Of a stretch of 51,787 bases of DNA, positions 47,158 to 51,787 are shown in pieces. The position numbers were made by a program, and so were the translations under genes. The notes under the pieces were generated by a model. It searched no databases. It saw only the letters and a list, made by a program, of their open reading frames with translations, and was not told the origin of the DNA. The DNA is from Clostridia bacterium. GTDB taxonomy: Bacteria; Bacillota; Clostridia; UMGS1883. The first letter of the stretch is position 1. Every line of letters begins with the position of its first letter. The stretch is taken from NCBI GenBank assembly GCA_045615265.1, contig JAZLEL010000067.1, positions 1 to 51,787 of the forward strand. The letters run 5' to 3'.

Positions 47158-47660
47158 AACACAATTCCTCCAAACTGTTTGATTGAATTAAATCTCATAC
47201 TGTTGCCATGGCACACGGCAATTGCCAATGCATCGGCAACGTCATCAGGCTTTGGAATTTCGCTAAGCCCCAGTATGGATTTCATCATTTGCTGAATCTG
47301 AGCCTTACCTGCCCGTCCGTAGCCTGTAAGTGCCTGCTTTACCTGAAGCGGCGTATATTCGTATATGGGGATTTTGTTTTGTACGGCGGCAAGGATTATA
47401 ACACCCCTTGCCTGACCTACTGTAAGGGCGGTTTTTGCGTTATTGTTGAAAAACAGTTCCTCTATACTCATAACATCAGGCTTATAGGTTTTGATAATTT
47501 CATCAACGCCGTTATACACCTTTTCAAGTCTTTCCTCCAAAGGGGTATGTGCACGTGTGGTAACTGCATCATATGCAACAGTTTTATACCTGTTTCCCTC
47601 TTTATCAACAACACCATAGCCCACAATTGCAATACCCGGATCAATTCCGAGAATACGCAT
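47154..47660 (-). CDS. ruvC: crossover junction endodeoxyribonuclease RuvC
   Basis: MRILGIDPGIAIVGYGVV is the canonical start, and DVADALAIAVCH lies at the C-terminus. Start is at M12 of the ORF. It overlaps ruvA by 4 nt. Confidence 0.93.
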   Translation of the reverse strand: MRILGIDPGIAIVGYGVVDKEGNRYKTVAYDAVTTRAHTPLEERLEKVYNGVDEIIKTYKPDVMSIEELFFNNNAKTALTVGQARGVIILAAVQNKIPIYEYTPLQVKQALTGYGRAGKAQIQQMMKSILGLSEIPKPDDVADALAIAVCHGNSMRFNSIKQFGGIVL

Positions 47661-47664
47661 TATA

Positions 47665-48891
47665 TCACTCTGCCTTCTTTCTGAGCATTGCATCCTTTAC
47701 CACTGGGACATCAGTTTTTATATAAAGCGTCATCGCAGCGTGGTTTGCAACCTCAATATCATTCATATTTTCATCCTTTAAAACTTCTACCTTTTGAGTA
47801 GTAAAGTCTTTTCCAGGTTGTATTATTTCAATTTCATCGCCGAGGAAGAAACGGTTTCTTTGCGTAACCTTGGCAAGTTTTGTCTTTTCGTCATAATCAA
47901 GCACAATACCTATTATATCACAAGTTCTGATATATGAGCTTGAGCCGTAAATCTGTGCCCCTGTATCGGGAATACCGAAGAAAAAGCCAGTATAATAGTC
48001 ACGGTGGCTTACCTTCTTAACCTCGTCAAGCCACATTGGATTAAACTTGTATCCTGCAGGGTCAGCATAATAAGCATCGATAGCCTTTCTGTAAGCTGCA
48101 ATTATCGTTGCAACATAATATTCACTCTTTACCCTGCCTTCAATTTTAAGGGAATAAACACCGCTTGCAACAATCTCAGGAATATGCTCAATCATACATA
48201 AATCCTTTGAATTCATAATGAACGTTCCACGCTCATTTTCATAGACGGGAAGAAATTCTCCAGGACGTTTTTCCTCCATAAGTGCATAGTTCCATCTGCA
48301 AGGGTGCGAGCAAGCACCATAGTTACTGTCACGCGCTGTCATATAATTACTAAGAAGGCATCTGCCCGAATACGAAACACACATTGCACCGTGAATAAAA
48401 GCTTCCAGTTCACAATCTAAGCTTATGTTATCACGGATTTCACGCACCTCGGAAAGAGTCATCTCACGGGCAAGCACCACCCTTTTAGCACCCATTTCGT
48501 GCCAGGACTGAACGGTTGCGTAGTTTGTGTTGTTTGCCTGCGTACTGATATGTATTTCAAGGTCGGGAGCTACTCTTTTGCAAATGTTAAAAGCACCTAA
48601 ATCAGAAATGATTACCGCATCCGCACCCATATCCGAGATTTCCTTGAAATATGCTTCCATTTGATTTAAGTCACGATTGTGAGGAATGATGTTTGCGGTA
48701 ATATACACCTTTTTCCCCATACTGTGTGCAAATTCAATACCCTCACGCATTTCGTCAGGGGTAAAGTTATCCGCCGCAGTTCTCAAAGAAAAACATTCTC
48801 CACCGATATAAACGGCATCTGCACCATATTTAAGTGCTATTTTCAGTTTATATAAATTGCCGGCAGGTGCCAGAAGCTCAACTTTTTGCAT
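47665..48891 (-). CDS. U32 family peptidase-like protein (YrrO/TrhP-type, tRNA U34 hydroxylation family)
   Basis: MQKVELLAPAGNLYKLKIALKYGADAVYIGG is the typical U32 start, and the motif E..IHGAMCVSYSGRCLLS is present. Start is at M17 of the ORF. Confidence 0.88.
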   Translation of the reverse strand: MQKVELLAPAGNLYKLKIALKYGADAVYIGGECFSLRTAADNFTPDEMREGIEFAHSMGKKVYITANIIPHNRDLNQMEAYFKEISDMGADAVIISDLGAFNICKRVAPDLEIHISTQANNTNYATVQSWHEMGAKRVVLAREMTLSEVREIRDNISLDCELEAFIHGAMCVSYSGRCLLSNYMTARDSNYGACSHPCRWNYALMEEKRPGEFLPVYENERGTFIMNSKDLCMIEHIPEIVASGVYSLKIEGRVKSEYYVATIIAAYRKAIDAYYADPAGYKFNPMWLDEVKKVSHRDYYTGFFFGIPDTGAQIYGSSSYIRTCDIIGIVLDYDEKTKLAKVTQRNRFFLGDEIEIIQPGKDFTTQKVEVLKDENMNDIEVANHAAMTLYIKTDVPVVKDAMLRKKAE

Positions 48892-48904
48892 AGCTAATTT
48901 CCCT

Positions 48905-49534
48905 TCATTTTTTAACTGACAAGGCAACACCGTCACCAATAGGAATTATCGATGTGGTAAGCTCGTCATTAGACATTATTTCTTCAAGATACATATGAAG
49001 TCTTTTTACAATGGTAATCTTTCTTCTTATAACCTTTTCATCGTCCTCTATCATTCCGTGATAGAGTATATTGTCCGAGAGAAGCACGCCCCCCGATTTA
49101 AGAAGTCTTAATAAATCGGGCAGAAATTCTATGTACTGTCCCTTAGCAGCATCGAGGAAAATAAAATCAAAGCTGCCATCGAGCCAATGCAGTACCTCCG
49201 CTGCCTCTCCCTCAATAACCTTTATCTTTTTTTCATAGCCTGAGGAAAAGACATTGTCCACTGCAATATCTGCGTGTTTCTTGTAACGCTCAACTGTCAC
49301 AATAGTACTGTCGTCAGGAAGATTGTCCGCCATTAAAATAGCACTGTATCCAACTGCTGTCCCAATTTCAAGCACACGTGAAGGCTTTATAAGCTTTAAA
49401 AGTGTTACTATAAATTGCTCCGTTGATTTTTGCACAATTGGAGCATAGCTTTCCTCCAGTGCGGATTTTCGCCTTAATTCCCGGAGAAATTCGCCCCTGT
49501 CAGGGATAAGATTATCTAAAAAATTCTGATCCAT
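48905..49534 (-). CDS. class I SAM-dependent O-methyltransferase (family 3, YrrM/TrmR-like)
   Basis: VLEIGTAVGYSAILMA is SAM motif I, and FDFIFLDAAKGQY is also present. It is 209 aa and lies directly upstream of the U32 gene, as in the B. subtilis yrrMNO locus. Confidence 0.85.
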   Translation of the reverse strand: MDQNFLDNLIPDRGEFLRELRRKSALEESYAPIVQKSTEQFIVTLLKLIKPSRVLEIGTAVGYSAILMADNLPDDSTIVTVERYKKHADIAVDNVFSSGYEKKIKVIEGEAAEVLHWLDGSFDFIFLDAAKGQYIEFLPDLLRLLKSGGVLLSDNILYHGMIEDDEKVIRRKITIVKRLHMYLEEIMSNDELTTSIIPIGDGVALSVKK

Positions 49535-49542
49535 AATACACC

Positions 49543-50079
49543 TTAATACTGAATTTGTTCTTTGATTTTTTCGGCCATTTTTTCGTCAAATAATTCACTT
49601 ATTATTTCAAAGCCGAATTTATATGCAGAACCCATACCATCAGCGGTTATAAAGTTATCGCACTTTACAACTGATTTCTTGATGTAATTCCCGCCTTTAA
49701 AGCTATCTTCAAACCCAGGATAACAGGTCGCATCCTTTCCCTCAAGAAGTCCCATTTTTCCTAAAATAGAGGGTGCTGCACAGATGGCACATATGATTTT
49801 TTTATTATCTGCCGCATACTGCACAATTCTTTTTACATCACTGCTTGCGTCCATATTGTTTGTGCCGCCAAGCCCACCAGGAAGAATCAGGGCATCTATA
49901 TTTTTAAGTTCCACATCAGAGAGAGCTATATCTGCCTTTACAGTAATATCGTGGGCACCCGTTATATATTCGCCGGTAACACCTACTGTTTTAACCTCTG
50001 ATCCGGCACGCCTTAAAAGGTCAAGAGGAGCAAGTGCCTCCACCTCTTCAAACCCGTCTGCCAAAAACATATATACCAT
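49543..50079 (-). CDS. DJ-1/PfpI family protein
   Basis: FLADGFEEVEALAPLDLLRRAG and ICAICAAPSILG (nucleophile-elbow Cys) are present. Length is 178 aa. Confidence 0.88.
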   Translation of the reverse strand: MVYMFLADGFEEVEALAPLDLLRRAGSEVKTVGVTGEYITGAHDITVKADIALSDVELKNIDALILPGGLGGTNNMDASSDVKRIVQYAADNKKIICAICAAPSILGKMGLLEGKDATCYPGFEDSFKGGNYIKKSVVKCDNFITADGMGSAYKFGFEIISELFDEKMAEKIKEQIQY

Positions 50080-50967
50080 TTAGCTCTCCTCCTCGATAAT
50101 AAATTTTTTCACCAGAAACTGGGGCTGATAGCTTTCCTTTGCACGCCTTAAGCCTTCAATTCCCATATCCTCTTCACGGTTTACGTATTTGCAATCCTTC
50201 CACTCATTTTCACAAAAAAGCTTATTAATTGCCTGATACGCTCCACGGTAATTTTCGTCAGCAAGCTCGATTTGTATAAGTGCCGTATCCTCGTTTAACC
50301 TTTCTCCGAATGACATTGCAGCAATTTCGCCGTTGATTTTAATTACTGCACCCTTTTGGTTAAAGTCAAAATAATGCTCAAAGTATTTTTCCATTGCCCC
50401 AAGTTCAAAAGGGTTAACATTCTTAGCCTTGGCACCTACCCACGCTTTGGCTTTGTCGGCACATTCCTTTAAAAGCAAAGGGTCTGTTACACTTATATAT
50501 TGAAAATCATAGTTGTCCATAAAATAGTTAAGATGATTTCGCTTGGAGTGAAGCTTCTTTCCCGAAAGGGTTATCATTTTTTCTGTCAGATAAACATAGT
50601 CAAACGAATCCCTGCTCTCTTTAAAGGAAAAACGCTTTACATCAATCTGTTTTAATTTTTCTGCATTTTCAGCACTCACAAGCCTTAAGCAAAGCTTTTC
50701 CCCTTTGCTTTGAGCATATTGAGAAAGCTCATCAAAAGCACGCTCTAAATTCCCTTTCCCTATTGGGAAAAAGTAGGATGGGTTTTTTCCTTTTATATTA
50801 AATCTTATAAAAAGAAATTCTCCATTTTCGGCAAGCTCAAGATTGTAGTAGTTATTCCATATAAACATGGTCATAAATACGCCTTCTGAAGCGTTGGTAC
50901 TATCCTGTAACCTATACTTATTATATCGCTCAAAATCGCTTGCACTTATAGATTTAAATTCAAGCAT
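50080..50967 (-). CDS. DUF2156 domain protein (stand-alone homolog of the MprF/LysX C-terminal aminoacyl-transferase domain)
   Basis: The 295-aa size and the N-terminal pattern FERYNKYRLQDSTNASEGVFMTMFIWNNYY match my recollection of DUF2156/LPG_synthase_C proteins. This was not verified by search. Confidence 0.65.
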   Translation of the reverse strand: MLEFKSISASDFERYNKYRLQDSTNASEGVFMTMFIWNNYYNLELAENGEFLFIRFNIKGKNPSYFFPIGKGNLERAFDELSQYAQSKGEKLCLRLVSAENAEKLKQIDVKRFSFKESRDSFDYVYLTEKMITLSGKKLHSKRNHLNYFMDNYDFQYISVTDPLLLKECADKAKAWVGAKAKNVNPFELGAMEKYFEHYFDFNQKGAVIKINGEIAAMSFGERLNEDTALIQIELADENYRGAYQAINKLFCENEWKDCKYVNREEDMGIEGLRRAKESYQPQFLVKKFIIEEES

Positions 50968-50983
50968 TCAAACACCTTCATTG

Positions 50984-51709
50984 TTATTTATAACTTTTAC
51001 CTTTAAAGAGCACCTTAAGCCCGAATTTAGGTAGTGCCAGCATACGCATAAACCTTGATGGTTGTTTTATAAGTCTGTACAGCCACTCAATCCCGTGATT
51101 GCAGTAAAATTCGGGTGCACGCTGAACAGTGCCCGCAAAAACATCAAGACAACCGCCCGCCCCAATGGCAAGCTTAACATTAAGTCTTTCACGATTATTA
51201 TAAATCCAGTTTTCCTGTTTCGGGAATCCAAGACATACCATAAGGAAATCGGGTGATTTCTTATTAATGTCATCTATTACTTCATCATCATTATCAAAAT
51301 AGCCGTCATGAGTACCTGCTATTTTAAGATTGGGATACTGCTTTAAAAGGTTTTCTGCTGCGGCTTCTGCAACGCCCGGTTTTGCCCCGAGAAGGTAAAG
51401 TGATTTACCCTTCTTTTCCATAATAGGAAGAAGGGTACAAACCAAGTCAAAGCCCGCTACCCTTTCCGAAATGGGGTTACCGAGAATTTTTGCACCATAG
51501 ACAACCCCTATGCCATCAGGAATAACCATATCGGCACTATTCAGCACATTTGCAAATTCAGGATTGTTTGAGGCATAAAGAAGAATTTCTGAATTCGGGG
51601 TGAAAATCATATTAAATCCTTCCTCATCCAGATACAAAGAAGCAAGTGCAACTGCCTCATCCATAGTATATTTATTTACATGTACGCCCAAAATATTTAC
51701 AGTTTCCAT
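50984..51709 (-). CDS. tagA: WecB/TagA/CpsF family glycosyltransferase (N-acetylmannosaminyltransferase type)
   Basis: VNILGVHVNKYTMDEAV...IFTPNSEILL...ADMVIPDGIGVV...PKQENWI...IGAGGCLDVFAG.. is collinear with TagA family proteins. Confidence 0.88.
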   Translation of the reverse strand: METVNILGVHVNKYTMDEAVALASLYLDEEGFNMIFTPNSEILLYASNNPEFANVLNSADMVIPDGIGVVYGAKILGNPISERVAGFDLVCTLLPIMEKKGKSLYLLGAKPGVAEAAAENLLKQYPNLKIAGTHDGYFDNDDEVIDDINKKSPDFLMVCLGFPKQENWIYNNRERLNVKLAIGAGGCLDVFAGTVQRAPEFYCNHGIEWLYRLIKQPSRFMRMLALPKFGLKVLFKGKSYK

Positions 51710-51787
51710 AAAAGTACTCCTACATCATAATATATCAACTTATATTATACCACACAAATAGCGGTTACGCAATAAAAAAACAATCAT

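Noticed and set aside
1-51787. CRISPR arrays, tRNA/rRNA genes, toxin-antitoxin pairs, a retron/DGR reverse transcriptase, restriction-modification or other defence islands
   Set aside because: Reading all intergenic regions longer than 40 nt, I found only promoters and terminator hairpins. No regularly spaced repeats or cloverleaf-like sequences turned up, and no ORF has defence-type motifs. Visual inspection could still miss a small ncRNA.

Overview
This 51.8-kb window is chromosomal DNA from a low-GC, endospore-forming Firmicute. The gene content is Clostridia-like: spoIVA, spoVT, abrB, SLH-domain wall proteins and many 4-nt gene overlaps. I can support about 48 protein-coding genes. Reading by eye, I found no rRNA, tRNA, CRISPR array, integrase, reverse transcriptase or recognisable defence genes.

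Most of the window is ordinary core genome:
- A TolC-like/MFP/RND efflux operon (the RND gene runs off the left edge).
- greA, comEA, tlyA-dxs, rqcH, deoD, birA, spoIVA, spoVT, a nucleobase permease, a UPF0210/ACT pair and abrB.
- A PrsA-like foldase, lon-engB and rubrerythrin.
- A cell-wall remodelling block: ftsE-ftsX, a coiled-coil M23 peptidase, Ctp and a DD-carboxypeptidase.
- A PucR-type regulator divergent from DUF3343 plus a cysteine desulfurase.
- cdaA-cdaR, a large SLH protein, an Amidase_3 protein and ruvCAB.
- A U32 peptidase plus O-methyltransferase tRNA-modification pair, DJ-1, DUF2156 and tagA.

The one clearly accessory segment is about 5.4 kb (35603-41056), bracketed by 51-bp direct repeats that match at 49 of 51 positions. 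Each repeat carries a terminator hairpin. The segment holds a doubly truncated ISL3 transposase relic, a LysR regulator and a single-strand operon driven by a near-consensus promoter. That operon has:
- a 22-codon leader smORF,
- a 392-aa uncharacterised protein,
- two tandem creatininase-fold paralogs, one keeping the metal-binding motifs and one having lost them,
- an EamA/DMT transporter.

This operon is my best candidate for an uncharacterised system, most likely transport plus hydrolysis of a small cyclic amide or N-acyl compound. Its function cannot be assigned from sequence alone. All family assignments come from reading the translated ORFs against remembered family hallmarks. No database search was run.
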